DNA from: Octopus bimaculoides
Lineage: Eukaryota
Assembly: GCF_001194135.2 (NCBI RefSeq)
Contig: NC_068990.1
Coordinates: forward strand, 92,654,117-92,718,116
DNA: 64,000 nt
Direction: 5' to 3'
In this document: positions 12,346 through 28,309 of the stretch, piece after piece
Layout of the letters: the number at the start of each line of letters is the position of its first letter
Position numbering within the stretch: position 1 is the stretch's first letter
Notes under the pieces: model-generated
What the model was told of the DNA's origin: nothing
The model's database searches: none
Seen by the model: the letters and a program-made list of their open reading frames with translations, nothing else
Program-made: the position numbers and the translations under genes

Positions 12346-13080
12346 ATGTTATAGTTACTCTCTACTGCACTCAACTTGAATCCCAAAATAACAGTTATTC
12401 TCTAATTCTTAAACTGTGCAAGAACACATTTATAAGAATTATCATTGCTTTTTAACCAAATATAACAGTTATTCTTACTTTTTAACTACTGTACTCTGTG
12501 AGAGTACAATTATAACAGTTGCTACCCTCTAACCAAGCATAAAAGCTATTTACACTCTCTAACCAAATACATTGTTGTTACTGTTGTTATTACATTTCTT
12601 TGTTTACAACATGCTCGCAAGTGTCTCGAGTTTACTACAGTGTTTTTTGTTTTGTTCTCTTCTATTTCAGCCTTCCCCCAAGCAACGGTGATGGCACTGT
12701 GTTTGTCCTGTAAATCTAGAGTGTAAATAAAATAAAACATTATTTGGTAGTTAAAAAAATTAAAAGAAAAAAGTCACTTTTAGATCCTTGCTGAAAAGAA
12801 TAATAAAAAAAAACAGAAAAAAAAAAGAAAAAAGAACAAAATGCAAAAATATCAGCTGTTATCATTGAGGTGGTCACCAGCTGTTGGTACGGTGACCACC
12901 ATTGCTGACAATGTGGTGATCCCTGCACTGTTAATGTGCCGGTCATCATATTGTAGTGATCACCATGCAACCGTTGTGGTGGTCACCAGCTGTCTCCTAG
13001 GTATGCAACATACATGAATACTGGATGTGTCTGTGTGCACAACAACAACAACAAACAAATTGACACAAACAAACAAGCGA

Positions 13081-13136
<56 letters not shown>

Positions 13137-13385
13137 ATACACACACACATACATGCATACGTTTGCAGTCATTTACACAGATGCACACACAACTACACAC
13201 ACATGCAACCATGCATGCATATTCGCATCAATTGCAATCTTTTACGTTTTATGTATTAAATGTATATTCTGTTGAAAAAAAAAAAAGATCCCGTGCCTAT
13301 GGAGGACACCAAGGATATTTGACGGAAACAAATATATATATATACATATATATATATATAAATACATATATAATATATAATATAT

Positions 13386-13419
<34 letters not shown>

Positions 13420-13765
13420 CTATCTTTGTCCAGCAAGCTGTGGAGGGAACTACAGCATGGCCGTTCACCTGAGCCTTTATTGTCTGTCTGTTTGTCTAGA
13501 TTGTGGGCCAACATTGTTCTGTATACAACAGATAGATCCCTGATACAAGGCCAGGTGGATAACTTGAGTCTCCTTGCTCAACAAATCAAATGCATTGCTC
13601 ACCCACCCTTCGCAACCCCTCCTTAACCACCTAATTAACAAAAAAAAAAATTCTATAAAAAAAAATATATAATGACTTATTATAGAGAATATACAAAAGA
13701 AAGCATACAGGCTCACACACACAAATACAAACACACGCACGTCATTATCAGTGATGATTATAATT

Positions 13766-13824
<59 letters not shown>

Positions 13825-15403
13825 TCACACACACATACTCACTCACACACGTGTATATATATATATTATATATATGCATACGTAAAAAGAAATGAAAAAT
13901 ATCTTAAAATTCCACTTCCCCCACAAAAAAGTGACTTGATACAAAGGAAATATAAACATTGTTTGTCTGAGAGACATTTCTGGTGAAAGTAGAAGAGATG
14001 GTGAAGGTTTGATACGAGAGACACGCAAAATATTGGTTTGAAAATAAGAACTAAAGAAAATAGTTATATTAATGTGTGAGACAATTAAAAAAAAAGAGGA
14101 AACATGTATGTATGCATGGAAATATATATATATATGCATGTGTGTATATATATACATATATGTATGCGTGTTTTACACACACATATATATTACATATATA
14201 TATATGTATTTATATATATATAAATGCATACATATATACATGTAGCAGCACATAGTCGCACATTAAAATGCATGGATGTAAGAATGAGCTTTAATTAAGT
14301 GTGATAATTGGTGACTAATGCTACCACGACAACCCACATTACTAGACCTAATTATGTCAGGTAGCTAAAATAGATGGACACTTAACAACAACAACAACAA
14401 AATACCCTCACTCTGCAAAAAAAAAAATACAAAAATCAACCAAAACTCCCCCTAAAATTCCAGAAAAGAAAAAACTAATCTTAACCGATCATGTCCCTAA
14501 TGTTCTATTTTATCATGATATGTCCGTGTTTCTCCCCAGCCTCCATGTCTTATTAATATTATTATTACTGTTATTATTATTAATAGAAATTATTATTTTC
14601 TTGTACCTGATCATGTCCACCCCTCCATATTTGTTCTATTGGTCATGTCTTCCCATGTTCTATTTTATTATTATGTCCCTCTAACATCCATCCCTCTGTC
14701 CCTGCGTTCTGTTGATCATGGCCCAGTCACTGCTCCCTCCCTTCCCCTCCTTGCTCTAATGTTGTTGGGGTTTTTTTTTTTTTTTTTTGATGTCTAATGT
14801 ATAACTCTAATTTACCTTGTTGAGGGAAAAATATTATCACTTAATCTGTGATCTAATTTCTTTCTCTGTGAAGAAAGATTCTATTTGGCATTCAGCCCTA
14901 CAAACATCTGCAGTAAGACTTTCAAAGCATTCACTCCAATACTACCATATTTCCAACATGACTTTTTACTCCAAGACTTATTTATTCTTTTTCATTTCCT
15001 TCTCCTACCTTCACACCTTCCCCTACACTTCCACTAAAAAAAAGAAAAACCCACTTTTATCATCATTTACCATTTATTTATGTTTTCATTAAAATTTTTT
15101 TTTTTTGCATACAACTTCCATCACCCTCTCAAACTTATCTTTTACACACACACACTTACATATATATATATATATATATATATATTGGAAGAACAAAAAA
15201 TATTTCATAACAAAGTTTAATCTTTTAATGATAGTTGCAACTTTTCTTGGACACTGAAAGATGGAAGTCTTTTGGCACACTTTTGGCTTCTACTGTGACA
15301 TTGATGCATATGATATATATTTACATACATACATATATACATACACACACAGAGGACACACACACATATATAAACATATTGTTTGCTTTTATAAATTCAA
15401 ATG

Positions 15404-15481
<78 letters not shown>

Positions 15482-15883
15482 NNNNNNNNNNNNNNNNNNN
15501 NNNNNNNNNNNNNNNNNNNNNNNNNNNNNNNNNNNNNNNNNNNNNNNNNNNNNNNNNNNNNNNNNNNNNNNNNNNNNNNNNNNNNNNNNNNNNNNNNNNN
15601 NNNNNNNNNNNNNNNNNNNNNNNNNNNNNNNNNNNNNNNNNNNNNNNNNNNNNNNNNNNNNNNNNNNNNNNNNNNNNNNNNNNNNNNNNNNNNNNNNNNN
15701 NNNNNNNNNNNNNNNNNNNNNNNNNNNNNNNNNNNNNNNNNNNNNNNNNNNNNNNNNNNNNNNNNNNNNNNNNNNNNNNNNNNNNNNNNNNNNNNNNNNN
15801 NNNNNNNNNNNNNNNNNNNNNNNNNNNNNNNNNNNNNNNNNNNTATATATATATTTACTTCTGTACATCACACCTAACACTCT

Positions 15884-15934
<51 letters not shown>

Positions 15935-16342
15935 TATGCATATACATGAATTTGTATGTGTTAGTGTATCCATACATACATACATAAGTATATAGAAACA
16001 TCTGTGTATGCACATATATTGTTATGTGTGTGTGTGTATGTGTATAGCAACTTATTGTATGGTTTTATGATACAAATAATAATAGAAACAGCTACAATAA
16101 TAATTAGAAGTGGATAATATGTTTGTAGACAACACTAATTAGAAGACTAATTAAACAGCTTATTTTTCTTTAGGCCACTGTCTTCCAATAGCAGTATTGT
16201 CCCAATCTACCCTCTATATAAGGTGTGTGTGTATGTATGTATGCATATATGTGTGTGTATGTATGTATGCATATATGTGTGTGTGTGTGTGTATGTATGC
16301 AGTGTATTCTTTAAACATATGATAATGATATACACACATGCT

Positions 16343-16374
<32 letters not shown>

Positions 16375-16591
16375 GCATTTGATTTGCCTATCCAATTTGT
16401 TGCTCTCTGCTCTAAAAAATCACTCGCCACATTTATATTGATCACTTTCCTTCACTTGCTGTTTCTAATGTTCTTGTTCGAATTCTGTAAGGGTTCACTT
16501 CACTTTTCACCCTTCGGGGTTAACAAAATCACCCACTATTTAACACCCTGAGCCCATCTTGGGCTGAGTCTCTCTCCATGTCTGCAACATT

Positions 16592-16650
<59 letters not shown>

Positions 16651-17803
16651 AGTTGTACTCATGTGGATATCTCTTCTTGAAGGGGACACACACACACGCA
16701 CACACACACACATACACACAGATGTTTAATTCTGGAAAAAAACATTAATCAGTAAAAAGTTTAATTTTTTATTAGCGTAATTATCATTAATTTAAATTGT
16801 GAGACGATTAATGAAAAAATATAGATAAATGATTCTGCATGACTCTGTGTGGATGTGTATTTGTGTACACAAGATACTATCTAAAGCACAACTACAACTT
16901 TAACCCTTTTGTTACCAACTCGGCCAAAACCAGTTCTGGCTCTGAGTACAAATGTCTTGTTTTCATAAGTTTTGAATTAAAATCTTCCTCCAAACCTCAG
17001 TCACAATTTATATTCCTAATACTAGCTGAATGATAACGAAGTTATTTTACTAAATTCTTTGTTATATTTAGAATTAATTGAAAGTAACATAAAGCATCTC
17101 AAAATAAATACAGTAACGAAAGGATTAATGATTTAGTCAATTATAATTAAGAACTTTACGTTTACTACATATTGGTTTTTTTTTTTTATCTTAGTTCAGA
17201 GTGTACAATGGATGGTTGAGACATGACCTTCTAAATAATGAAATGATGGTGATATCCCTAAAATGTCAGTTTGACTGGTTTGGAGCCAGAACACATAGTA
17301 GTCAAGTTGGAGATCACTGAGGAACTCGCTAAAGGGTAGGAAGAGTAAAGGATAATAATTATTATTACTATTATTATTATTAGGTTTTGAATTTTGGCAA
17401 AAGGTGGAAGGCTACACTTGGTTGATTTGAACCCCAGAACATAGCAGGTACTTATTTTTATCATCCCTAAAAAGATGAGAAATGAAATTGATCTCAGCAG
17501 GATTTGAACCTAGAACTAGATATTGTAATGTCTTTAAGTCTCTCACTCTACAATTCCTGCTGTTCCAACACACTTTTATAAATTAATGATAATGATAATT
17601 AATAATAATGATAATTATTTTTAAACTAGATTCTAAATTATTACTTTCCATTTCATTCACTTTATATTTCTTCAAATACACACACACACTCAATTATATA
17701 CTCAAAATATACTCAAAATACACTCAATTATGCACACACATACAGGCACATACACATCTACAGAAAAATATAAACATATATATATGCATACGCATGCACA
17801 CAA

Positions 17804-17835
<32 letters not shown>

Positions 17836-20341
17836 GTACATAAACACAAAACACATACTTACTTCACTTATTACTCATTTGTCTACAACTATATGTTGCT
17901 GTGTGTGTGTGTGTGTGTGTGTGTGTACTGCTTAGTTGATGTTGATGATGATGATGATGTTTTTTTCCCTCCTGTATCCCTCTACCTTTCACTTTATAAA
18001 TGCCTGTTTAGTCTTTTGCAGTTAAATGGTGGCTGCCCCAATCACACACACACATAATTATATACATTAAACTTGTTTAACTCACCTGTATTAACTGAAC
18101 TTCTCTCTCTTTCTCTGTGTGTATATGGTTACACATACTCAAACATGTACAAGGTAAACATGCAACACACACATGCATGTATATTCACCACATTTTTATA
18201 GGAAACAGGATGTTCTAACTTGTCATTTTTCAGTTGATTGTATCAATTATAATAGTTTAGTAGTGATGGTCATGGCCGAATTTAAGGGAAAGATCTACAC
18301 AGAATCTAATGAAAGTATTTTATTTAGTGTGTCATTCAATCTGAAAGTTGATTATCAGAAATAATATGCGAACACTGGTGAACTAAAACCAGGGCCAGAT
18401 TAATTATTTTTGTAAGGAAAATAAACATTTGTTTAGGTAATCAGAGGAAAAGGCTAACGCATAGTGTTGGTGCCATATGAACATTGCGCAAACAGTGTGG
18501 ATGAACCCAGGACTCAGTTGAATATATTCAAAATTTGCATTTTGCTTTGTTACTCTTTTTATGAGTAAGCAAACTGCTGGTGTTTACTTTAAGGATCAGT
18601 AGCATAAGAAAGCAAGAAACACTATATGATTATGTTTAATATACTTTATGGGTCTGGCTTGGAAGAAAATTTAATTTTTAATCTGTTGAAACTTCGCACT
18701 TATGTCTTAATGTATTGTAAGACAGACAGTGAAGATGTTGGAATGACACTATTGTTTGGCTGTGATTAGGGCAATAGTTGGTCTTAATCTAGGACAAACT
18801 ATAACATACAGCTCATGTTGTAGCTTGTTATTTTAGTTGTTGGGAAATGAATATATTGAATAAATATCTGTCTTGTTTATACCTTGGAAGTATTAACATT
18901 GAATACAAAGTGTGTGTGTGTGTTTTCAATCTTTAAATTTATTTTGTCGTTCCCTTCAGCACTGAACTGTCTGCTTGAACACAAATTGTGTTTCTGCTTT
19001 AAATTTGAGTGGTTACCAGAAGAAAAGGCATTTAGTTGTGTAATTGATTTTTTTTTCTTCAATATGTTGTTCCCAAAAATATGTAAATATATGTGTTGAA
19101 AAGCTATCCTAGCCATGTTTCTTTGAGGAACATAATGGAAGTAAAAACGAACAAGTATTTCACCAAAACATCCCCAAATGTCTGTGATCAATGACATTAT
19201 TTATTCTCTATGATTGAAATATGTCTTCCCTTTCCTGTTGGATGTAAACAAGGTATATGGTTGTAGAGAATGGAAAATAAGGTTAGCTGCATAACAAAGA
19301 CCAGTTAGGAGTTCATAATTCACAAGGCAGAAAGAGTTACAGCTTTTAGGTATAATATGGCACTGACAGAAAACATTTTGGCAAAAATGTTCATGATGAT
19401 AAATATTTCAGTTTTTAATTATGGATCAGGAAATGAAGACCTATTTTGGTTCTTTCCCCTCGTCGTTTTTTCTGTGTGTGTGTGTGTGTGTGTGTGTACA
19501 CATACACACATACACACACATGCATTTACCTCTTTCCATCACTTGGTTACATTTGCTAATACTAAAATATTTTGTAAGTATTTATTTTTGAATAAATATT
19601 CTTCCCATGTTCCTCACAGTTCATCATCAAGTGACAGCAGAAAGTCAAACTGACCATGAATCTCGCCAGTAGGAAAGAACCTGCAAAGTGTACGAGCACT
19701 GGCTCACTGCAAATGTGTCTTGCACAGATCTGGCTTAAGAGAATCAGATTACTGTCAGACTAACTTCAAGGTCACTAATTGAGCTTAGCTTCTCCACTGG
19801 TTCAGGCATACTCTAGCAAACTGATAATGTCTTTTGAATTGCCAGTTCATCTTTTACTGGGACTGCTTTTGTTGAGTCTCTGAGACAAGATATTTTGTTC
19901 TACATTACCTTGCTTTGAGATAAAGAAAGTCATCTGTGATATGCTAGTCTTACTAGCCAAGGGGAGATTTGTACCTCATCTGCTAAATGCTACAGGAACC
20001 GGAGTTAATCACTCGTGTCATTTTTCCATGTGAAGAGAGTATGAGATACCAATTGTTGCTATTTCTGTAGGAGCAGGTTTATTTTCTTATTTCTTTATTG
20101 CCCACAAGGGGACAAACAAGGACAGACAAAGGGATTAAGTCGACTACATCAACTCCTGTGTGTAACTGGTACTTAATTTATTGACCCCAAAAGGATGAAA
20201 GGCAAAAGTCGACCTCGGCGAAATTTGAACTCAGAACGTCACAGCAGAAGTACCAGCATACTAACGTTTCTGCCAGCTTGCCACAGGTTTATTTTCTTGG
20301 CCTGTTTTAGGTTATTTGTTATTCATAATACTCTCTCTCTC

Positions 20342-20383
<42 letters not shown>

Positions 20384-20639
20384 AATTGAACCTGTTCATA
20401 GAATAACAATAATTGTAACAATGACTGCAACACTTAATGGATACATATTCTTTGAATAGTTGGAAATTTTTTTTTTTCTTTTTTCCATGTTCTGAGTTCA
20501 GTTCCTGCCAGGTTCAGCTTCGCCTTTCATTTCTCTGGGGGGTCAATAAAATAAAGTACCAATCAAGCACTGAAGTCAGTGGCATCGACTAATCCACCCC
20601 CACCTTCGAATTGGTAGCTAAATTAGTATCATTATTATT

Positions 20640-20860
20640 ATAAAGGTGGTGAGCTTGCAGAATGGTTAACACACCAGACAAAATGCTTAGTAGCATTTTA
20701 CCCATCTTTAGGTTCTGAGTTTAAATTCTGCCAAGGCCAAATTTGCCTTTCATCCTTTCAGGATCGATAAAATAAGCACTGGTGGGGCCTTGGGGTCAAA
20801 ATAATTGACTAACCCTCTTGACCAAAATTCCAGGCCTTGTACCTATAGTAAAAAGAATTA
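20640..20860 (+). mobile_element. SINE family 1 copy
   Basis: ggtggtgagcttgcagaatggttaac...ttctgagtttaaattctgccaagg...gcctttcatcctttcaggatcgataaaataag. Further copies at about 7840-7970, 8030-8110, 17390-17520, 20090-20285, 20480-20620, 24810-24900, 26995-27235 and 63070-63200. Confidence 0.8.
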
Positions 20861-22831
20861 TTATAATTACTATTATTATTATTATGGGGTTGATATAATT
20901 GACCTACTTATCCCACAGAATTACTGGCCTTGTGCCCAAATTTGAAATCATAATCATCATCATCATCATTATTATTATTATTATTATTATTATTCATGGT
21001 TTAAGAACTACATCAAGAATTTCTTACATTAGAATAAATTACATACATCTTAGAAATCATGCATGAAAATGTAAAATTGTGACCATATTTATAGTTCCTG
21101 GTATTTTCTAGAACATACCTTTGTTTATCCTGTCAGTGTCTTTGGGGATATGTTTATATATAAATCTTTATTCAAAGACATTGATAGGTTGTACCTGATG
21201 TATACACACCATAGTGTTAATTTAGTGTATTAAATTTTTTTTTTTATTACTGCTGTTACTGTAATTGTTTATTATTGGCACGAAAGCTGATGGTAGAGTA
21301 GCTGAACTAGTAAAATGAATTTCTGTGTAAAATAACACTAAAAGTAAAATATTTTGGTTTGGTTTGGAGATAGATAGAAGAACAGAGATCTGTGTGAGGA
21401 TCCAAATACAAAATATTTATTCCGGCTAACATAAAATTATAGTTGTTATAGCAAACGACAAAAAGAGGTCATTTAAACCAAGTGAACAGCAGATCGTGTG
21501 AGATGTGTCAGCCATGATTGTAAACTGTAGCAGTTATTATCTTGTAACCCATGTTGAATTCATACAGGTATGATCTTGCCTGGGCTGCAACCACTGACCA
21601 GTTAGCATATAAACAAATGTATATGCAGGCAATGTCTGTTAAAGAAAAGGCACAAAAGATAAAATTATTAATGGCATCTTGTTTCTACAAGAGATTTGAG
21701 TGGTCAGCTGTTTATGGATGTCATCGATCCTTGACAGAATCCTGTTTGTGTTATTTAGTTATTTTAATGTCAAACATAGTGATTCAGGTTTGATTCCTAG
21801 GCAGTGAATTGATGTTTGGGACTTTGCCAAATGTTCCTGCTACGTAACTATCAAGTATATTTGGGGATGAAGTCCATCATTTGGAATCTCCTTTTCTGCA
21901 ACCCCAAATATCTCTGACATCTCTCCACGTGCTATCATCAGGATTCGCTGAAACATTACAGTGTCATACAAAATACCTGCAGCACTTGTTCCATTGCATT
22001 CTGAAATTATGTTTGTCTTTCATGCCTCCACGGTTGATAAAGTAATGTACCAGTCAGACACACACACACATACACACACACACACACACATCTAAGAATA
22101 TCTGGTATCATAGAGAAATAGAAGAGAGAGATAGCCAAAGTTGACATCACAAAGTCTGGTAAAGTTGTTTCCAACTTGCTATTTATTTTATTTATTTATT
22201 TATTTTGTGTTATATATATATATATGTTTTTTGGGGGGGTTTTTTCCAATAACTTATAACTGCAGTGCTGGTTGTTTCCTTACACCTACCTGGAGGAGCT
22301 TTGATAAAAGTCTCCTGCAGACTGTCACAGTAGAAATACACTATAGCAGAGAAAAAAAAAAAGGTTGCAGATGAAATTTGGGAAGCATATTTATAAAATA
22401 TCGCCTCCCTTTTTATCAAAACAAAAAAAAACAAAAAAACACTAAATATTTTCCAGCATTGATTTATATAAAAATTGACTGCATTAAAAGGTGCCAGCCC
22501 ATAGCCATATGACATATACTTAAAGATTACAGCTTTCTTTGTTTACTTTTTTTTCTTAATGGTGTGTGTGTGTGTGTGTGTGTGTTGCTACCCTTGCAGG
22601 GGTAGTCTGGTGTGAGCTGGTGTGTTTTCAGAGCAAACGTTGCTGCTGGCAGTTTGATGAGGAACAGAACTCCTTGAAGGACTCTGAATAAGGATTTCCA
22701 TCCTGATACTACTTCCCCCACCCCTACCGCCCAATACCACTCTTCACTTGTTCACACTTGCAATGCATGTCTAAGAACAAAGCCAAATCATAAGAAAATG
22801 TGTGTGTGTGCAAACACTCACACATGCAAAC

Positions 22832-22862
<31 letters not shown>

Positions 22863-22923
22863 AACGATTTTGGAAAAAATATATGTATGTTTGTATACCT
22901 ATATGTGTGTATCTCTGTTGATC

Positions 22924-22962
<39 letters not shown>

Positions 22963-23786
22963 TTCTGAATGAATGGTTCATCATTGTTTTAAGATCTGCT
23001 TCTCCATGTTTGCATGGTTGGGTCAGGTGAAACTTGTTGCATATTTTCAACGATCACATGCGCTTTCTATTGTCAACCCTCACCTCTTTCCAAACAAGGT
23101 AATATTTCTCCATGGCTGGACATGTTTTCACAGAAAATCAGAAACGAAACCTGCTTGCATGTATGACAGCAATGCTCAGCTACAACCATTAGGTAGATAA
23201 AGATCCTTCCTGACTCATATAGACACATTGAGCTGGTTTCCCAGCTTCCGTGGTGCATATATTTCTCCCCTGGATGGGGATGCCAGCTCATCACAGGTTC
23301 ATTCAGTTTTGCCAGTTGATTGGACTTGAGCAATGTGAAATGAAGTCTTTGGCTCAAAAACACCGCATTGTCCAGTCCAAGAATCGAAACCACAATCTTA
23401 TGAACAGTAGTCCTACACCCAAACCACTAAACCACAAACCACATTTACAAGTGTCATAGATACAGAGAAACAAACACACACACACACACACACTCATTCA
23501 TTTATGTACGTTGAGATTCTTTCAGTTTATATGGTCCAAGGTGCCACACAGTGGGTTTGAACCTGACACCACATGGATAGGGAGCAAACTTCTTAACCAC
23601 CTGTACAACATCTATCATATATAGGTGTGTGTATATACATGTATGTCTGTATAGATACATATCTATATATATGTAGATATACATGTGTGTATATGCAAAT
23701 ATATTGAGATGTTTGTATAAATATATAAATATGAATGTATACATGAGTGTATATACATGTATTTGTGTCTGTTTGCATGTATATGG

Positions 23787-23851
<65 letters not shown>

Positions 23852-25609
23852 CATGTTAATGTGTATATGTATGTATACAATACCTATATATGTATGTATG
23901 TATGTATATATGGGAGCCTAGCACAAATGCATTGTACATGTGGCCCTGAAACAACGTAAAAACTGTACCATTTAATGTTTTAATCAGAAGATTCAACACT
24001 TCTTAACCTTCAATTACTCCACATTTTTTCTGATATCTCTGCTACTCTTTTATTCTTTGAACTCATCCCAGCCAATGAATTGTGACCATGCTGGAGCATA
24101 GCTCTTGTCATCTTTATTACTTCTTTGTGGTTTTATTTTTACTTATCTGTTTGTTTATTTTTTTGCAAATTCTTAGCCCCCCCCCCTACACACATACATA
24201 TATCTTTCCTTTTTGTTTTTGTAGTTTTAATTTTGTCCTCCTCCTTCCAATCTCTCTCTCTCTTTCTCTATTCCCTTCATCCTTTTCCCCCCGTAACCAG
24301 TCTTCTTTTGTTTTATATATTTGCTTTTTTAATTTCCACAACAAAAAAATGAACAACTTTTATTCTGGTGTTTCTATTCTTCTTCTTCTGTAGTTCTGCA
24401 CTTTTGCTGCTGTATGCACTCATATGTACACTTGTAACACAAGGTGTTGTGTGCGTGTGAGCATGTGAGCATGTGTGTGTATGCATGTGTGTGTCTATAC
24501 ACACTCACACATATAAATCACATAATACTTCTGGAACAAACTACAAATTTGAATATTGATGTGTGCGTGTACACATGCAGTTTACTTTACTGATGGGAAT
24601 GAAACCAAATCACCTGGAAATATTACCTGTCAGAGACTATTATATGATCCAAAGCTACATTTACCTCAGACAATTGGCCTTCACTCTCTTATGTTGTCAT
24701 TGATACATTTAACATTTGACAGGGGAGATAACTTACCTGGTGCAGCAGAAGGCTTGGCATGGAACAATCTCGTCAACCTGTCATCAGTCAAAGGATATTT
24801 GTGTCTCTTTACATTCTGACTTTAAATTCTGTCAAAGTCTACTCTTGTCTTTCATACTCAGGGGTTGATAAGCTAAGCACCAGTCCTGTTCTGTGATCCA
24901 CTCCTCCTAAAATTTTTTGTCTTTTGTCTATATTAACAAGCACTATTTCACTTCTTTTACAATCTTAATGGTATTGGAAGATGTCTGAAGCTTCCATTAC
25001 ATACTGCAGCTAAAATATTAATTTATGCTTAGGAAGTTATTTCAGAAATGTACTTTCCAGGCAAGTGATCTGAGACCAATTGTTGAAACTAAAATAACTA
25101 CAGTATGGAAGACATATTTTGGCCATTCAAAAGCTTATCTTCACTCAAACATTCATTACTTGGTGTCAAAATTTTCATTGGACTAACTGCAACGTAGTGA
25201 CTTGTGGAACCACATCAGTAACTTGGTCACAGTTGATGTAACAAAAATTTTGACCCTAGATAATAAACTTTTCAGTGAAGTTAACAGTTTTTATTGTTCT
25301 TCAATGGCTCCATACTGTTAATTGTAACACGTTATTATATTTCTCGTAAATAACTAAGTTCAAATTTTGCCATGGTCAGTCAAATCATTCATCTTACTGG
25401 GGGTGATGAAGCATCAGTGAACTACTGGGGGCAATATAATCAATTATATCCCCTCTGGAGTTTTATGTTAGGATTTAAGGTAATGTAGCATGTGGTATGG
25501 GACTTAACAAATCATTTAATCAATTTTAACTCAGTCAAATCATTATGGCTTCATATCTTGCTGTTAAAAATACCAAAACTACATCATCCGACATTATCTA
25601 TATTATGTA

Positions 25610-25866
25610 CATTTGATGGATATTTGTCCTCCTCTTGTTTGTTGTTCCGGCTGATATACCCTCCATCCTTCATCAGGTGTCTTGGGGAAATTTCGAACCT
25701 GGGTTCCCATTCCTAAGGTTTGAAATTTCCCCAAGACACCTGATGAAGGCTGGAGGGTATATCAGTCGAAACGTTGTTAACAACAAACAAGATGAGGACA
25801 AATATCCGTCAAATGTAAATAACGTAAACAATATACATAATTCCTCATCTCTTAAATATAGAACTG
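25610..25866. mobile_element. Palindromic insertion of PLE-type repeat family A
   Basis: About 90-bp inverted arms (25610-25700 / 25716-25816) with a 15-nt loop. The 3' end ...atctcttaaatatagaactg is shared with the other copies. Confidence 0.78.
25736..25777 (+). ncRNA. Minimal type-I hammerhead ribozyme (family A), partly decayed
   Basis: acac-CTGATGA-a-ggctg-gagggtatat-cagtc-GAAA-cg-TT-gt. Stem II has one G-U pair, ACGT palindrome present, stem I' shortened by a 2-nt deletion. Confidence 0.62.
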
Positions 25867-26046
25867 TACATCATCCTATATCAGCATTTTTTTTTTTTTA
25901 AACTAACCCTCAGACACTACGACTCATTAAAGAGTATTAAACCATCACTGAAGCAATGGCTGACACAACACTGTGTCAAACTGTAGCCTCGTCTGTTAGG
26001 ATTCAGATTCTCTCTCTCTCTCTCTCTCGTTCTCTCTCTCTCTCTC

Positions 26047-26085
<39 letters not shown>

Positions 26086-28244
26086 GCCCCGAAATCAGTA
26101 TTCCTTTGTATCTATCTCTTCAGGTGGCTCAATAAGAATACCAATAATGGATCTCCATCAATTGAGAGGATGAATGGTCAATTGAGTTATCTCCCCTCCC
26201 TCAAATATGCAATCCCACTCAGTGTCTCCTTTCTTTCCATTGTCTTGCAAGTTACTCCTCCCAGTAGAAAGTAGTTATGTTAGGAAGAGCATCAAGGCAT
26301 GGAAACCATGCCAAAGCTGACATTGGGGCTTGCTGCAGCCCGGCAGCTAGTTAGACCCCCGTCAAACCATCCATCCCATGCCAGCATGGAAAAACAGACA
26401 TTAAATGATAGCGATGAATTAGCATTGAAGTGACTGAGTATTCCACAGACATGTGTACCTTTAATGTAATTCTCAGACAGAATCAGTATTACATGGTGTA
26501 TGACCAAGAACTGGACCCTTAAGTTACTGGTACCAGGGACAGACCCAAGGGGGAGGGAGGTCTGAGGGGGCACTGCCCCCCCCCCCTCAAGAAAAGAAGA
26601 AAATAATGTTATTACACCCTTTTCTCCCAGAATTGTATTCCTTTCTGACCTTGTGCCCTCCCTTCAGAAAATTCTTGGGACCACACCTGGGTACAATCTA
26701 TTTGATAGTTTGCTTCACTTGGGTCAACTTGAAGCCTTAGTAAAAAAACGCTGGTCCCAGATGTCACACAGTAAGATTGAACCTAGAACATTTTCATTGC
26801 AAATTGAGCCCTTAACTAATAAGCTATCCTGGTACCTGTATAATAAACTTCAAAAATTGGCTTCAGTAATAAGACAAAATATACCCCTACTGCTGCTACT
26901 ACTACTACTACTACTACTATCATTGTTGCTCTTAGTTGTTTATCTCTCCACCTCTTTTTGTTGCAAACCATCATGTAATAACTATTTACTACAGGATGGT
27001 AGATGGCAGAATTAGTAGAGTGACATTTAAAATACCTTGTAATATTTGATTATCTCTCTTTACATTCTGAGTTCAAATCCTGCAACAGTCAACTTTGCCT
27101 TTCATTTCTTTTTTCTTTTTAGGGTAGGGGCAATTAAATAAAATACCATTTAAATTCAGACGAGGAAATGTAACCATTTAACCCCGCTCCTCTCAAATTT
27201 ATGGTTCTGTGCTTATGCAAGACATTATTATTTTCAACATCAAATGAGCCCCACCACCACCACCACCACCCTATGCAATATCTCTGACAGGATTTTTTAA
27301 TTAATGAAAAAACATCTGTTTCTAATTACATAATTATGTATTTTATGTAATGTAAACACATCCCAACACATCTATGTTTGCCCAGCCATGCCCACCCCTA
27401 TAAATCTATGTTTACCCTTCCACACCCTGTATTTACACTACCACATCCAATACTATACATCCTTTCCACACATGCACCTGACACATCTAAAATTAATACT
27501 CTTCCACTCTTACCTTAATTAACCCTGTTACTAATTATTTAAGTTTATTTATTTATCGTTATTGTTAATGATTTGTTTAATTTTGTTATTAAATATTTCA
27601 TTTAAGTTTTCTCGTTGCTATATCAGCCTTCTTCCCCAATTATCAACTGTGATCTTAACGACATGGCATTTTTGTTATTGGTCAACACCATAACAAACTT
27701 TCTTGCAATTAGTAGTCATTAAAAATCTGATTTGGTTATATTAGTACTAAATTCATTTTTATGAAGATATGTGTATTTTGTGTATGTGCGTATGTCTGCG
27801 TTAAATGTTAATTTATCAATGCAGTGACAGCTAAAATTTATGGATAAGCAAATTAATGTGTGTGTGTCTTTACGTCTTAGTAGCTGAATCATTGTAGCTG
27901 TTAAAAACACTGTTAATTGATCCACTATTACTTTATTGTATTTGGTAATATGAAAGTTTTTTCAAATGGTTTTATATATATGTATATGTATGTATGTATA
28001 TATATATATATTAATTAATTGTTCATAAGACATCTACAACTTGCTTAGAGACACTCTAATCCATTGTCTCAATGAAACAGAGTATCAGGGAAAAAAACAC
28101 ATTCAGTGTATTAGAGTATCAGGGAGCAGGTCTGAGATGTGTAATGGAAAGAGAATGGAAAACTCAATGAATATTGTCACAAACAAATAAAGTAAAAGAA
28201 ATGTATATAAGAGTGTAGGTTTAATGTCTACAATGTTTCTGGCA

Positions 28245-28253
28245 TATATATAT

Positions 28254-28309
<56 letters not shown>

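Noticed and set aside
13418-13626. Less AT-rich island with open frames on both strands
   Set aside because: No recognisable protein motif or convincing splice pair.
19620-20000. Coding-like composition on the minus strand
   Set aside because: Multiple stops in all frames and no family recognised; possibly old TE debris.
24733-24790. Minus-strand exon candidate ending at a good ag/gtaagt donor
   Set aside because: Weak acceptor, no recognisable peptide, no partner exons, and it abuts SINE sequence.
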